Source: an uncultured delta proteobacterium
Lineage (GTDB): Bacteria > Desulfobacterota > Desulfuromonadia > Geobacterales > DSM-12255
Direction: 5' to 3'
Assembly: GCA_963787125.1 (NCBI GenBank)
Contig: CAWBBV010000023.1
Span: 32,001 to 96,000, forward strand
DNA length: 64,000 nucleotides
A program made the translations under genes and the position numbers. Of this stretch, positions 49,408 to 60,044 are shown piece by piece (positions within the stretch are counted from its first letter, which is position 1; every line of letters begins with the position of its first letter). The notes beneath the pieces are model-generated. The model saw only the letters and a program-made list of their open reading frames with translations. It did not search any database and was not told the origin of the DNA.

Positions 49408-50313
49408 TCACGAGTCACTGCTGACGCAGTTGCGGCCGGACAGTTTGCTGCGGTACATCAGCGCGTCGACCCGCTTGATGAGGGATTCGACGGTATCGTC
49501 TGTCACTGCTTCGGTGGCGCCGACGGAGACGGTTATCTTTATGCGCTCTCCGTCTATATTCAGGGTTGAATGCTCGATGACCTGGCGGAAACGTTCGGCC
49601 GTGGTGCAGATATCCTCTTTGCCGACATTCATGATGATGGCAACGAACTCCTCGCCACCCCAGCGGCCGACCATATCGAATACCCGGCAGCATCCGGCCA
49701 TGGACTTGGCCACCATCTTCAGCGCTGCGTCACCGGTTTCATGGCCGTAATGATCGTTGATCTCCTTGAAGTGGTCGATATCGATGAAAAGCACACCGAA
49801 CCCCCATTCGAAGCGCGCCAGCTCTTCAAGCCGGGAGCGGAGTGTTACTTCCAGATAGCGGCGATTGGCGAGCTCGGTCAGGGGATCGAGGAACACCAGC
49901 TGCTGCAATTCTTCAATCTTCTCCTGGTCGGAACTTCGCCGGGAGTTGTCGCTGAAAATCTCCACTGCGCCGATGATCTTCTCCTGCTGGTCTCGAATTG
50001 GCGCAACCTTGACCTGAACCGGGACCCGGTGGCCGTCCCGATGGTGCAGATATACTTCGGCCTGCCGCTCCTCGCCGTCCAGCAGGGTTGCCGCCAATGG
50101 ACAGCCTTCAAGGCAGAGTAGTTTCCCTTTGGCATCGACATGACAGAGGATATTGTCCCTGCAGCTGCTCCCAATGACGTCGGTGGCAGAGAAGCCGCTC
50201 AGTCGCTCCGCCCCTCTGTTCCAGTAGGTTATAATCCGGTCATGGTCGACAAAGTAGACGCCGTCATACAGATTGTCGAGGAGTTTGCGGAAAAAACTCT
50301 GATTATGCCACAT
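49408..50313 (-). CDS. PAS-GGDEF diguanylate cyclase
   Basis: PAS; DPLTELANRR, DIDHFKEINDHYGHETGD, RxxD I-site, RWGGEEF. Confidence 0.92.
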   Translation of the reverse strand: MWHNQSFFRKLLDNLYDGVYFVDHDRIITYWNRGAERLSGFSATDVIGSSCRDNILCHVDAKGKLLCLEGCPLAATLLDGEERQAEVYLHHRDGHRVPVQVKVAPIRDQQEKIIGAVEIFSDNSRRSSDQEKIEELQQLVFLDPLTELANRRYLEVTLRSRLEELARFEWGFGVLFIDIDHFKEINDHYGHETGDAALKMVAKSMAGCCRVFDMVGRWGGEEFVAIIMNVGKEDICTTAERFRQVIEHSTLNIDGERIKITVSVGATEAVTDDTVESLIKRVDALMYRSKLSGRNCVSSDS

Positions 50314-50418
50314 AGTCCCTCCCGGTGGCTGTTCAACTACACATCCTTGATTTTAACGCTTCTCCACCATAATTGAAATAGACTATATCGGGACAGTTGA
50401 AGCTATATTTGAGGCTGT

Positions 50419-50479
50419 TTGACATCTCTCTTGATACTTTCTTGACATCAATCCCGTCCATCTTGACACCCTTTTGACA
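50419..50479 (+). promoter_or_regulatory. TTGAYA direct-repeat array (OmpR/KdpE-type boxes) upstream of the APC permease
   Basis: Repeats at 50419, 50431, 50442, 50463, 50474. Confidence 0.7.
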
Positions 50480-50527
50480 TGAATTCGTCTACCGTAGAAG
50501 CGTAGACAAGTCATGCCTGAGGGGAAT

Positions 50528-52510
50528 ATGGACAATCAATCACCACAAGGATCGGTATCGCTGCTGCAGAAGATAGTCCGTGCCGTGATGGGCGCACCCA
50601 AGCATCTCAAGGATCCCCAGCTGTTTCACAAAATCTCGCTGATCCCGATCCTGGCCTGGATCGGTCTTGGCGCCGACGGCCTGTCATCCTCGGCCTACGG
50701 CCCGGAAGAAGCTTTCCGCGCCTTGGGAGAGCACACTTATCTGGCGGTTTTTCTCGGTCTGGCCACTGCTCTGACCGTCTTTATCATCTCCTATGCCTAC
50801 TCGCGCATCATTGAGCATTTCCCCCATGGCGGCGGCGGTTACGTCGTCGCCACTCACATGCTGGGAGAAAAGGCCGGGGTGGTCTCCGGCAGCGCCCTGC
50901 TGGTGGACTATGTGATGACCATAACCATCTCCATTGCCTCCTGCTGCGACGCGATCTTCAGTTACATACCCCAGGGGTATCACCATTACAAGGTACCAGT
51001 GGCCTGTTTCCTGACTGTGGTCCTGATCATTCTCAACATCCGCGGGGTCAAGGAGTCGATCACTGTCATGGCCCCCATCTTCATGATCTTCGTCTCGACC
51101 CACCTGCTGATGCTGGTCTACGGGGTTTTCACCCATACCGACAAGTGCGGACCGCTGGTCTGCGATGTCCAGGCCGGCTTCAGCCACGATCTCTCCAGCA
51201 TCGGCATCTTCGGAATTCTGCTTCTTTTTGTACGGGCCTACTCCCTTGGGGGCGGTACCTATACCGGTATCGAGGCGGTCTCCAACGGCCTGCAGATCAT
51301 GCGCGAACCGAGAGTGCAGACCGGCAAACGGACCATGCTCTACATGGCCACCTCCCTGGCGTTCACCGCCGGGGTGCTGTTTCTCTGCTATGCACTGGTG
51401 GGGGTCAAGCCGGTGGAGGGGAAGACGCTTAACGCCGTCCTGGCCGACGGGCTGTTCAGCTCCTGGCCGATGGGAAACTGGATTTCCTTCATCACCATCT
51501 TCTCGGAAGGCGCCCTGCTGCTGGTGGCGGCCCAGGCCGGCTTCGTCGATGGACCGCGGGTCATGGCCAACATGGCCACAGATTCCTGGTTCCCGCACCG
51601 CTTTGCCGCCCTGTCGGTCCGCCTCACCATGCGCAATGGTATTCTCCTCATGGGAATCGCCGCTATTGCCCTGTTGTTCTACACCCACGGCTCGGTCTCG
51701 GCCTTGGTGGTCATGTACTCCATCAATGTCTTTATCACTTTCTCCCTATCCCAGCTGGGGATGTCGAAGTTTTTCATCCAGCGCCGAAAGGAAGATCCCC
51801 AGTGGGTTCGTCATCTCGGCGTCCACCTGTTGGGACTGGTACTCTGTGTTACCATTCTGACCATTACCGTGCTGGAAAAGTTCATGGAAGGGGGCTGGCT
51901 GACCCTGGTGATCACCTCGGTGGTGATAGGCCTCTGTTATCTTATCAAGGGTCATTATACAAGGGTCCGCGAGGGCTTTGCCGATCTGGACAATACACTG
52001 CTTGATGTGCCGATCAGCGACCATGGCGAGCCTCCCCCCATTGATCGCAATGCGGCGACCGCCATTCAGCTGGTCTCCGGCTACAGCGGCTTTGGCGTTC
52101 ATACCCTCTTTTCGATCCTGACCACTTTTCCCAAGACCTATAAAAACATTATCTTCGTTTCGGTGGCAGTGATCGACTCCGGCTCCTTCAAGGGGGCCGA
52201 AGAGATCGATGCCCTAGAGGAATCGATTAAGTCGGGTCTGGAAAAGTATGTGGCCCTGGCCCGCAAGCTCGGCTTTGCTGCTGACTACCGCATGGAGCTG
52301 GCCACCGATGTGGTTGAAAGCATCATCGAAGTTTGCAAGGATGTGGCCGTCACCTACCCCCGCTCCACCGTCTTCACCGGTCAGCTCACCTTTCGCCTGG
52401 AGAAGTTCTATCACCGCCTGCTCCACAACGAGACCGCCTTCGCCATCCAGCGCCGCCTGCAGTGGGACGGTCTGACCACAGTGATCATGCCGATCCGGGT
52501 GAGGACGTAG
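50528..52510 (+). CDS. APC family permease, KimA-like K+ transporter
   Basis: ADGLSSSAYGPEE, GGGGY, LLVDY, TGIEAVSNG, C-terminal LLHNETA domain. Confidence 0.75.
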   Translation: MDNQSPQGSVSLLQKIVRAVMGAPKHLKDPQLFHKISLIPILAWIGLGADGLSSSAYGPEEAFRALGEHTYLAVFLGLATALTVFIISYAYSRIIEHFPHGGGGYVVATHMLGEKAGVVSGSALLVDYVMTITISIASCCDAIFSYIPQGYHHYKVPVACFLTVVLIILNIRGVKESITVMAPIFMIFVSTHLLMLVYGVFTHTDKCGPLVCDVQAGFSHDLSSIGIFGILLLFVRAYSLGGGTYTGIEAVSNGLQIMREPRVQTGKRTMLYMATSLAFTAGVLFLCYALVGVKPVEGKTLNAVLADGLFSSWPMGNWISFITIFSEGALLLVAAQAGFVDGPRVMANMATDSWFPHRFAALSVRLTMRNGILLMGIAAIALLFYTHGSVSALVVMYSINVFITFSLSQLGMSKFFIQRRKEDPQWVRHLGVHLLGLVLCVTILTITVLEKFMEGGWLTLVITSVVIGLCYLIKGHYTRVREGFADLDNTLLDVPISDHGEPPPIDRNAATAIQLVSGYSGFGVHTLFSILTTFPKTYKNIIFVSVAVIDSGSFKGAEEIDALEESIKSGLEKYVALARKLGFAADYRMELATDVVESIIEVCKDVAVTYPRSTVFTGQLTFRLEKFYHRLLHNETAFAIQRRLQWDGLTTVIMPIRVRT

Positions 52511-52526
52511 CAGTTTTGTTTAGTCC

Positions 52527-52560
52527 AAACCTCCGGGGTTTTTGAAACCTTGGAGGTTTG
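52527..52560. repeat. REP-like hairpin between convergent genes
   Basis: CAAACCTCCGGGGTTTTTGAAACCTTGGAGGTTTG. Confidence 0.7.
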
Positions 52561-52610
52561 CCACACCAATTTTGATACGGATTGTGGGTTAAGCCTGAAG
52601 TGATCTGTGT

Positions 52611-54890
52611 CTAGCTGCTGCGTCTGTCCAGAACCTCGCGCACCCTCTTTAGCAGCTCTCGAGGCGAGACGGGTTTCGTGATGAGATCCACTCTTTCATC
52701 TTGTCTTGATATGTTCGGCTGATAACCGCTCATGAACAGCACCTTCATGCCCGGACGTACTCTTTTAATTTCCTGGTAGGTCTCAATACCGCTTCTCTTT
52801 GGCATGATGACGTCAAACAGGCAGAGCTTTATTTCATCCGGCCGCTCAGCAAATTTAGACATGGCTTCTTCTCCGTTCTCTGCCTCGATGACAGTGTAGC
52901 CACATTCAGTGAGGATGCTGGTGGCGAGGGCTCGCAGTGATCTGTCGTCCTCCGCCAGGAGGATGGTCTCGGTGCCGTTTTCGGGGATATCAGACTCTTT
53001 TACGCTCTCGACCAGCGCTGATGACCTGCTTAAGGGGAGGTAGATGCGGAAGGTCGTGCCTCTGCCCGGCTCACTGGCGCAGAGGATGTAGCCGTTATGC
53101 TGCTTGATGATGCCGTAACAGACTGAAAGTCCCAGCCCTGTCCCTTTGCCTACCTCCTTGGTGGTGAAAAACGGCTCGAAGATCTTTTGCCGGACACACT
53201 CTTCCATCCCTTTGCCGCTATCGGCAAAGGTGATGAGGACATACCAGCCGGGTTCTCCGTAACCATGGTCTTTACTGAACGTAGCGTCCAGCTCCGTCAG
53301 TTCAGTTGTTATGGTGATGCTCCCCCTTTCCGGGATGGAATCCTTTGCATTCGTGGTCAGATTGAGCAGTACCTGTTCGAGTTGGCCTGCATCAGCCAGG
53401 ACCGTCACTTCGTCCTCTGTCAGGCAGAGCCGCAGTTCGATGTCCTCCCGGATGAGCCGGCGGAGCATCTTCTCCAGGCCGGAAATGAGCTCGTTCAGCT
53501 TGAGAGGTTTTATCTCCATAGTCTGCTTTCTGCTGAAGGCAAGCATCGACCTGGTCAGGTTTGCGGCCCGGTCAGCTGCGACGAGGATCTGGGCCACGTT
53601 ATCGTGCAGCGGATCGTCCTTGGCCATCTTCATATCAAGAATGCTGCCGAAGCCGATGATCACCGAGAGGATGTTATTAAAGTCATGGGCGATGCCACCT
53701 GCCAGGGTGCCGACAGCCTCTATCTTCTGCACCTGACGGAGCTGGTTTTCCAGACTGCGTTGCTCGGTGATGTCGCGAGCCGTGGCATAGGTCACGCCAT
53801 CCTTGCTGTCAAAGTAGGCGTTCCAGGAGAGGAGCAGTGTCGAGCCGTCCTTGTGCAGATAGCGGTTTTCGAAGTTCAGTGACGAGCGGGTTGAAACCTG
53901 AAGCTCCATTTCAGCTGCTGTCCGCTGGCGATCTTCAGGTGCGACAAATTCGAGGAACGGCTTTGAGAGAACTTCGTTCTTGGAATAGCCGGTCATCTGC
54001 AGAAGCGTCGGGTTAACGCTCTTGAAGCAGCCGAAAGGATCGGCTATGCACATCGCATCATTGGAAAGCATGAAAAACTTTTTATACTGCTCTTTTTCCT
54101 GCTCCGATTGCCGTGCTGTGCGCTCAGCCTCATTCCGTGCCTCAATCTCCCTTTCCAGATTTTTCACAGAAGTGAACGAATTTTGCAATGTTGCGGCCAT
54201 TTCATTCGTCATTAAGGCGAGCTCGGTTAACTCGTCGTCTCCACTTGCCGTCAGGCGATGGTCAAGATTACCATTGCCGATGATGACGGTGCCCTCCCGA
54301 AGTTCCTCAAGGCGCCGTGACAACGTCCGGTTGATGAGTGCGGAATTTCCGACAGTCACGATAAAGCCCATGGCGATAAATAGAACCAGAAGGCGAATCG
54401 TTCTCTTGCGCGCGTCTTCCGAAATCTTTCCGAGGGTTTCCACAAGTTTGCCCAAGTCAGTCGTCAAACTGGAGGCCGCGAGCTTCAGCTGGTCGACCTG
54501 ATTCCTTTTTCCCGGTGGTAAGATCCCTCTCGACCGCTCCTCCATGATTCTGGAAAAGATAACGAAGGTGGTTTCAAAGTTCCGCCCGATTTCCTCCAGC
54601 GGTTCTTTTTCCTGGCGGAACGCGAGCCTCTCGCCGGCCTGCTTCAACAGGGCGCGGAATCTGTTGGTCTTTGAGACCCATTCAAACCTGATGCGCTCAT
54701 CTCCGAAGAGGAGATACTCATCCCGCAGCACCTGCCTTTCCAGGGCAATCTTGCGCATCTCGATCACCTGGTGCTGGTTCCGATCGGCCTGTGACATTTC
54801 CCTGTATGACCAGACAAGCGGAAGGGCTACTACGATAGCAGCGGCTATGCCGATCAGGGCATTCAGCCTCAATCTCGTCTTTATTTTCAT
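52611..54890 (-). CDS. Membrane hybrid histidine kinase (HAMP-PAS-HK-REC)
   Basis: Two [24 protein letters not shown]-terminal REC. Confidence 0.9.
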   Translation of the reverse strand: MKIKTRLRLNALIGIAAAIVVALPLVWSYREMSQADRNQHQVIEMRKIALERQVLRDEYLLFGDERIRFEWVSKTNRFRALLKQAGERLAFRQEKEPLEEIGRNFETTFVIFSRIMEERSRGILPPGKRNQVDQLKLAASSLTTDLGKLVETLGKISEDARKRTIRLLVLFIAMGFIVTVGNSALINRTLSRRLEELREGTVIIGNGNLDHRLTASGDDELTELALMTNEMAATLQNSFTSVKNLEREIEARNEAERTARQSEQEKEQYKKFFMLSNDAMCIADPFGCFKSVNPTLLQMTGYSKNEVLSKPFLEFVAPEDRQRTAAEMELQVSTRSSLNFENRYLHKDGSTLLLSWNAYFDSKDGVTYATARDITEQRSLENQLRQVQKIEAVGTLAGGIAHDFNNILSVIIGFGSILDMKMAKDDPLHDNVAQILVAADRAANLTRSMLAFSRKQTMEIKPLKLNELISGLEKMLRRLIREDIELRLCLTEDEVTVLADAGQLEQVLLNLTTNAKDSIPERGSITITTELTELDATFSKDHGYGEPGWYVLITFADSGKGMEECVRQKIFEPFFTTKEVGKGTGLGLSVCYGIIKQHNGYILCASEPGRGTTFRIYLPLSRSSALVESVKESDIPENGTETILLAEDDRSLRALATSILTECGYTVIEAENGEEAMSKFAERPDEIKLCLFDVIMPKRSGIETYQEIKRVRPGMKVLFMSGYQPNISRQDERVDLITKPVSPRELLKRVREVLDRRSS

Positions 54891-54951
54891 TTGGCACTCC
54901 CGGCGGATTAGCCATCTGGCCGTCCACCACCCGGCAACCTATCACTCATCA

Positions 54952-55131
54952 TCAGGTGCAATCGCCCCGCCACATGCAACCTTCCTGCCCGCACCGTGCC
55001 GCTTTGCCGCTGTCGAAGCAGGGCTCGTTCCCTTCGGCCTGCTGAACAGCCCGTACCAGTTCGGATTTTTTTGCTTTGCCTGGCTTGATTCCGTGCTTTT
55101 TGGCTATTTCCCTGATCTCTTCAAGTTTCAT
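54952..55131 (-). CDS. 59-aa SAP/Rho_N-like protein with Cys-rich tail (missing from ORF track)
   Basis: AAGGAG RBS; MKLEEIREIAKKHGIKPGKAKKSELVRAVQQAEGNEPCFDSGKAARCGQEGCMWRGDCT*. Confidence 0.8.
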   Translation of the reverse strand: MKLEEIREIAKKHGIKPGKAKKSELVRAVQQAEGNEPCFDSGKAARCGQEGCMWRGDCT

Positions 55132-55233
55132 CTCTTCGCTCTCCTTAAAATCCGGTTAAAATTGATAATGATTAATATTATAGCGCATTCCGGATCTCTT
55201 TCAATCGAGCCAATTAAAATCATGTCAGAAATA

Positions 55234-55282
55234 TTGATACTTTCTTGACTTTATCACTCCCTATTTTGACACCTTATTTACC
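55234..55282 (+). promoter_or_regulatory. Direct-repeat array (KdpE-type boxes) upstream of the kdp operon
   Basis: Repeats at 55234, 55245, 55266, 55277; shares TTGATACTTTCTTGAC with 50431. Confidence 0.7.
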
Positions 55283-55338
55283 TCCTCCCTGCTACCCTGA
55301 AATCATCGAAGGTATATTGAGCAGCAGGGAGAGCAGTT

Positions 55339-55572
55339 ATGAAAGTCTATCTGTACGATCTGAAAACAGGCGTGTATGAGGGTGAAACTTTCGAAGAAGC
55401 TGATATGCTTCAGTATGAGGACGGTTTAACAGCCACCTCTCCGCCCGACTGTGAACATGGACAGGTGCCTGTCTATGACCGGCAGAAAAATTCATGGACC
55501 GTCATCCCGGTCAGCATTGCCCGGCAGCTGTTGAATATCAGTCCGTTGAGTTCCATGGAGAGTAAAGTATGA
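55339..55572 (+). CDS. Hypothetical 77-aa soluble protein leading the kdp operon
   Basis: GGGAG RBS; ATGA overlap with kdpA. Confidence 0.7.
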   Translation: MKVYLYDLKTGVYEGETFEEADMLQYEDGLTATSPPDCEHGQVPVYDRQKNSWTVIPVSIARQLLNISPLSSMESKV

Positions 55573-57353
55573 ACACGTTTGAATGGCTGCAAACAGGCAT
55601 ATTCTTCGCCTTATTGCTGGCCCTGGTCAAGCCGCTGGGCAGCTTCATGACCAAGGTGTTTCAGGGGGAGCGGAACTTTCTGTCACCCGTCCTGGCCCCC
55701 TGCGAAAAGGTGATCTACCGCATCAGTGGTGTGAGGCCGGAAGATGAGATGGGGTGGCAGCGCTATGCCGTTTCCATGCTGCTTTTCAACCTGGTCCTTT
55801 TCGCGGCACTCTTCGCCATGCTTCTTCTGCAGCATCTGTTGCCGCTCAATCCGCAGAAGGTCCCGGCTTTCAGCTGGCAACTGGCGCTGAACACGGCGGT
55901 CAGCTTCACAACCAACACCAACTGGCAGGCCTACGCCGGTGAGCAGACGGCCAGCTACTTCACCCAGATGGTGGGGCTGGCGGTGCATAACTTTATCTCC
56001 GCCGCCACCGGCATTGCCATAGCTATTGCCGTGATTCGCGGCTTTGTACGGCGCAAGACCTCGCTGCTGGGCAACTTCTGGGTCGATATGACCCGCTGCA
56101 CGCTCTATGTCCTGCTCCCTATCTCGATCATTGCCGCTACCCTGCTGGTTTCCCAGGGGGCGATCCAGAACGTAAGCGCCTACAAAACGGTGTCTTTGAT
56201 CCAGTCCACGAACTACGACAAACCCAAAATAGACGACAAGGGTAACCCCCTCAAGGATGCCAAGGGCAACCCGGTAGTCGAAAATGTGATTGTCAAGGAA
56301 GTCCTGATCCCCATGGGGCCGGTCGCCTCCCAGGAGGCGATCAAGGAGCTTGGGACCAATGGCGGCGGCTTCTTCAACGCTAACTCGGCCCACCCTTTTG
56401 AAAATCCGACGCCACTCTCCAACTTTATCGAGATACTCCTGATTCTGCTGATACCCGCCGCCCTGACCTACACCTTCGGAGTTATGGTGGGGAACACCCG
56501 CCAGGGGTGGACGCTGTTGGGGGTGATGCTCTTCATCCTGATTGCCGCCTTCGGCGTTCTGCAGTGGGCGGAGAGCAGCGGTAATCCGCTCGTGGCCAGG
56601 CTGGGGGTTCAGAGCATCAACATGGAAGGCAAGGAACTCCGCTTCGGCCTGGCCGGGAGCAACCTCTTCACCGTGGCCACCACCGGCACCTCCTGCGGCG
56701 CGGTCAATACCATGCACGACTCCCTTACCCCCATCGGCGGCATGATACCGCTCTCCCTGATTCTTCTCGGTGAAATCATCTTCGGCGGGGTCGGTTCCGG
56801 TCTCTACACCATGCTGGCTTTTGCAATCATTGCAGTGTTCGTCTCCGGACTGATGATCGGCCGGACGCCAGAGTATCTGGGGAAAAAGATCGAAGTGAAA
56901 GAAATGTGGATGTCGATCCTGACCATTTTAACCGCCGGGGTTGTGGTCCTGATAACGTCGGGAATCGCCATGATCACCCCGGCTGCAGTGGCCTCCATGG
57001 CCAACCCAGGCGCCCACGGTCTCTCCGAGGTACTCTATGCTGTGGCCTCCATGGCGAACAACAATGGCAGCGCCTTTGCCGGTCTGAATGCCAACGTCAA
57101 TTTTTTCAACTTGTTCGGTTCCCTGGCCATGACCCTTGGTCGCTATGTCCCGGCAGTCGCCGTGCTGGCTATGGCCGGTTCTCTTGCGGAGAAAAAATAT
57201 GTTCCTCCCAGTCTTGGAACCCTGCCCACCGACAAAGCGCCTTTTGCCATTTGGCTGACGTTGGTAATCCTGATTGTCGGAGCGCTCACCTTTTTCCCGG
57301 CGCTCTCTCTGGGGCCGATTGTTGAACAGCTGACCATGCTGGGAGGTGTTTAA
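55569..57353 (+). CDS. kdpA: K+-transporting ATPase subunit A
   Basis: [32 protein letters not shown]. Confidence 0.97.
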   Translation: MNTFEWLQTGIFFALLLALVKPLGSFMTKVFQGERNFLSPVLAPCEKVIYRISGVRPEDEMGWQRYAVSMLLFNLVLFAALFAMLLLQHLLPLNPQKVPAFSWQLALNTAVSFTTNTNWQAYAGEQTASYFTQMVGLAVHNFISAATGIAIAIAVIRGFVRRKTSLLGNFWVDMTRCTLYVLLPISIIAATLLVSQGAIQNVSAYKTVSLIQSTNYDKPKIDDKGNPLKDAKGNPVVENVIVKEVLIPMGPVASQEAIKELGTNGGGFFNANSAHPFENPTPLSNFIEILLILLIPAALTYTFGVMVGNTRQGWTLLGVMLFILIAAFGVLQWAESSGNPLVARLGVQSINMEGKELRFGLAGSNLFTVATTGTSCGAVNTMHDSLTPIGGMIPLSLILLGEIIFGGVGSGLYTMLAFAIIAVFVSGLMIGRTPEYLGKKIEVKEMWMSILTILTAGVVVLITSGIAMITPAAVASMANPGAHGLSEVLYAVASMANNNGSAFAGLNANVNFFNLFGSLAMTLGRYVPAVAVLAMAGSLAEKKYVPPSLGTLPTDKAPFAIWLTLVILIVGALTFFPALSLGPIVEQLTMLGGV

Positions 57354-57357
57354 CGTC

Positions 57358-59424
57358 ATGTCGAAACATACATCACAACCTCAATCGGTATTCGATGCAG
57401 CGCTTTTGCAGGGCGCGCTGCAGGGCTCCTTCAAGAAGCTCGATCCCCGCACTCTCTGGCGCAACCCGGTCATGTTGTGCGTCGAGGTCGCCAGCGTCAT
57501 CACCCTGATCACCTTTATCATGTCGCTCACCGGTGCCAATTCGGAGCCGGTCTGGTTCACCGGCACTGTCTCAATCTGGCTCTGGCTGACGGTCATCTTC
57601 TCTACTTTTGCCGAAGCGTTGGCGGAAGGGAGGGGCAAGGCCCGTGCAGCCAGTTTGCGCAAGAGTCGCACCGACATAACTGCCAAACATCTGGATAAGC
57701 CGGAATTCGGTGGCAACTACGCCACCGTCGGTGCCAGCCAGCTCCGCAAGGGAGATCTGATCCTGGTTGAAGGTGGTGATATGATCGCCGGTGACGGCGA
57801 CGTCGTTGCCGGGGCGGCCCTGGTCAACGAGTCTGCAGTGACCGGCGAATCTGCCCCGGTAATCCGTGAATCCGGCGGCGACCGCAGCGCCGTCACCGGC
57901 GGCACCACGGTCATTTCCAGTAGCATTATTGTCAGGATTACCGCCAATCCGGGTGAAACCTTCCTGGATAAGATGATCGGTCTGATCGAAGGGGCCAAAC
58001 GGCGCAAAACCCCGAACGAAGTTGCCCTGGAAGTGCTGCTGATCGCCCTGACAGTGGTCTTTCTACTGGTCTGCATCAACATCAGCCCCCTCTCGATCTA
58101 TAGCGTGAAAACTGCCGGGCAGGGGACTCCGGTTTCGTTGACGGTCCTGGTGGCGCTGTTCGTCTGTCTGGCGCCGACGACCATTGCCGCCCTTTTGCCC
58201 GCCATCGGTATCGCCGGCATGGACCGGCTCTTCCAGAAGAACGTCATCGCTCTTTCCGGTCGGGCTATAGAGGCTGCAGGCGACGTCAATGTGCTGCTGC
58301 TGGACAAGACCGGCACCATCACCCTTGGTAACCGGCAGGCAGTGGCCTTTGTCCCGGTCGGGGGGCGTACTGAAAACGAGCTGGCCGAAGCCGCCCTGAT
58401 GGCGTCACTGGGGGATGAAACTCCGGAAGGGCGCAGTGTGGTGATATTGGCAAAAGAGAAGTACAGTCTGAGCAGGGAGACACCTCAGGATGCCGAGGTC
58501 GTGGATTTCAGCGCCGACACGCGCCTCTCCGGAGTCAACACCGGCGGGGAGCAGTACCGCAAAGGTGCCTCGGACTCGACTATTGCCTTTGTAAAAAAGA
58601 TGGGTTGCTCCGTTATCCCGAGCGATCTGGCTGACGTAGTCGACAAGATTGCCCGCGGCGGTGCTACGCCGCTGGTGGTCTGCAAGGGGTGCGAAATTCT
58701 CGGGGTGATCAACCTGAAAGACATCGTCAAGGCCGGTATCCAGGAACGCTTCCTCCAACTGCGCAGCATGGGGATCAAGACCGTGATGATCACCGGCGAC
58801 AACCCGCTGACTGCCGCGGCCATTGCCGCCGAGGCCCAGGTGGACGATTTCCTCGCCCAGGCCAAACCGGAAGAGAAGCTGCGCCTGATCCGCGAGTACC
58901 AGGATCAGGGCTTCATGGTGGCCATGACCGGCGATGGCACCAACGATGCCCCGGCCCTGGCCCAGGCAGATGTGGCCGTGGCCATGAACACCGGCACCCA
59001 GCCGGCCCGCGAGGCAGCCAACATCATTGACCTGGATTCGAACCCCACCAAACTGCTCGATATCGTCGAGGTTGGTAAGCAGATTCTCATGACCCGTGGC
59101 AACCTGACCACCTTCAGTATCTCCAATGATATTGCCAAGTATTTTGCCATTATCCCGGCGATGCTGCTCTCCATCTACCCGCAGCTGAACGTCCTGAACG
59201 TCATGCAGCTGGCGAATCCGATGAGCGCGATCCTGTCGGCGGTCATCTTCAATGCGCTCATCATTCCAATGCTGGTGCCGTTGGCACTGAAAGGGACCAA
59301 GTTTCGTCCCATGCCTGCCGAGAAGCTGCTGATTCATAATCTGCTGCTCTACGGTGTCGGCGGGATCATCGCCCCGTTTGTCGGGATCAAGGCCATTGAT
59401 TTTATTATCGGACTGATGGTGTGA
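57358..59424 (+). CDS. kdpB: K+-transporting ATPase subunit B
   Basis: TGES, DKTGT, TGDN, GDGTND. Confidence 0.97.
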   Translation: MSKHTSQPQSVFDAALLQGALQGSFKKLDPRTLWRNPVMLCVEVASVITLITFIMSLTGANSEPVWFTGTVSIWLWLTVIFSTFAEALAEGRGKARAASLRKSRTDITAKHLDKPEFGGNYATVGASQLRKGDLILVEGGDMIAGDGDVVAGAALVNESAVTGESAPVIRESGGDRSAVTGGTTVISSSIIVRITANPGETFLDKMIGLIEGAKRRKTPNEVALEVLLIALTVVFLLVCINISPLSIYSVKTAGQGTPVSLTVLVALFVCLAPTTIAALLPAIGIAGMDRLFQKNVIALSGRAIEAAGDVNVLLLDKTGTITLGNRQAVAFVPVGGRTENELAEAALMASLGDETPEGRSVVILAKEKYSLSRETPQDAEVVDFSADTRLSGVNTGGEQYRKGASDSTIAFVKKMGCSVIPSDLADVVDKIARGGATPLVVCKGCEILGVINLKDIVKAGIQERFLQLRSMGIKTVMITGDNPLTAAAIAAEAQVDDFLAQAKPEEKLRLIREYQDQGFMVAMTGDGTNDAPALAQADVAVAMNTGTQPAREAANIIDLDSNPTKLLDIVEVGKQILMTRGNLTTFSISNDIAKYFAIIPAMLLSIYPQLNVLNVMQLANPMSAILSAVIFNALIIPMLVPLALKGTKFRPMPAEKLLIHNLLLYGVGGIIAPFVGIKAIDFIIGLMV

Positions 59425-59457
59425 TCGGACCAGTCGGACAGGTCTGAATGGTCCGAT
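59424..59457. repeat. kdpB-kdpC intergenic hairpin of 9-nt repeats
   Basis: ATCGGACCA-GTCGGACAG...TGGTCCGAT. Confidence 0.55.
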
Positions 59458-59478
59458 GCAAAACAGGAGAACAGAACC

Positions 59479-60042
59479 ATGAAAGAAATACGTCCGGCAA
59501 TTCTGCTTTTAATAATCTTCACTATCATCTGCGGTGGCATCTATCCGGCGGTTGTTACCGGAGTGGCTTCTGTAGTCTTCCCGAACCAGGCCAAGGGGAG
59601 CTTCATCAACGACAGCCGTGGCAGGGAGATCGCTTCGTCGCTGATCGGCCAGCCCTTTACCGACCCGAAATATTTTTGGCCGCGCCCGTCAGCTACAATG
59701 GATTTCGGTTATAATCCCATGGCTTCGGGCGGATCCAATGCCGGGCCGACCAATCCCGACTACCTTAAGACGGTCGAAGGTCGGGTCAAGGCGCTCCGCG
59801 ACAGCGGCGTCAGCGGCAACATTCCGGCCGAACTGGTTCAGGCTTCGGCCAGCGGCCTCGATCCGCACATCTCACCGCAAGCTGCGCTGCTGCAGGCACC
59901 GCGGGTCGCCAAGGCACGCGGTGTCAGTGTCGAGTCGCTGCGGAAAGTGGTTGCATCTCGTGTCGAAGATCGTCAGTTCGGGTTTTTAGGGGAGCAACGG
60001 GTGAATGTGCTGGCAGTAAATCTGGAATTGGATAGAATGTAG
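59479..60042 (+). CDS. kdpC: K+-transporting ATPase subunit C
   Basis: LIGQPF, YFWPRPSA, SASGLDPHIS. Confidence 0.96.
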   Translation: MKEIRPAILLLIIFTIICGGIYPAVVTGVASVVFPNQAKGSFINDSRGREIASSLIGQPFTDPKYFWPRPSATMDFGYNPMASGGSNAGPTNPDYLKTVEGRVKALRDSGVSGNIPAELVQASASGLDPHISPQAALLQAPRVAKARGVSVESLRKVVASRVEDRQFGFLGEQRVNVLAVNLELDRM

Positions 60043-60044
60043 CC

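Noticed and set aside
49408..50313. GGDEF protein as the Hypr cGAMP synthase for the nearby riboswitches
   Set aside because: Keeps the canonical Asp in GHETGD, where Hypr enzymes have Ser/Thr, so likely an ordinary c-di-GMP cyclase
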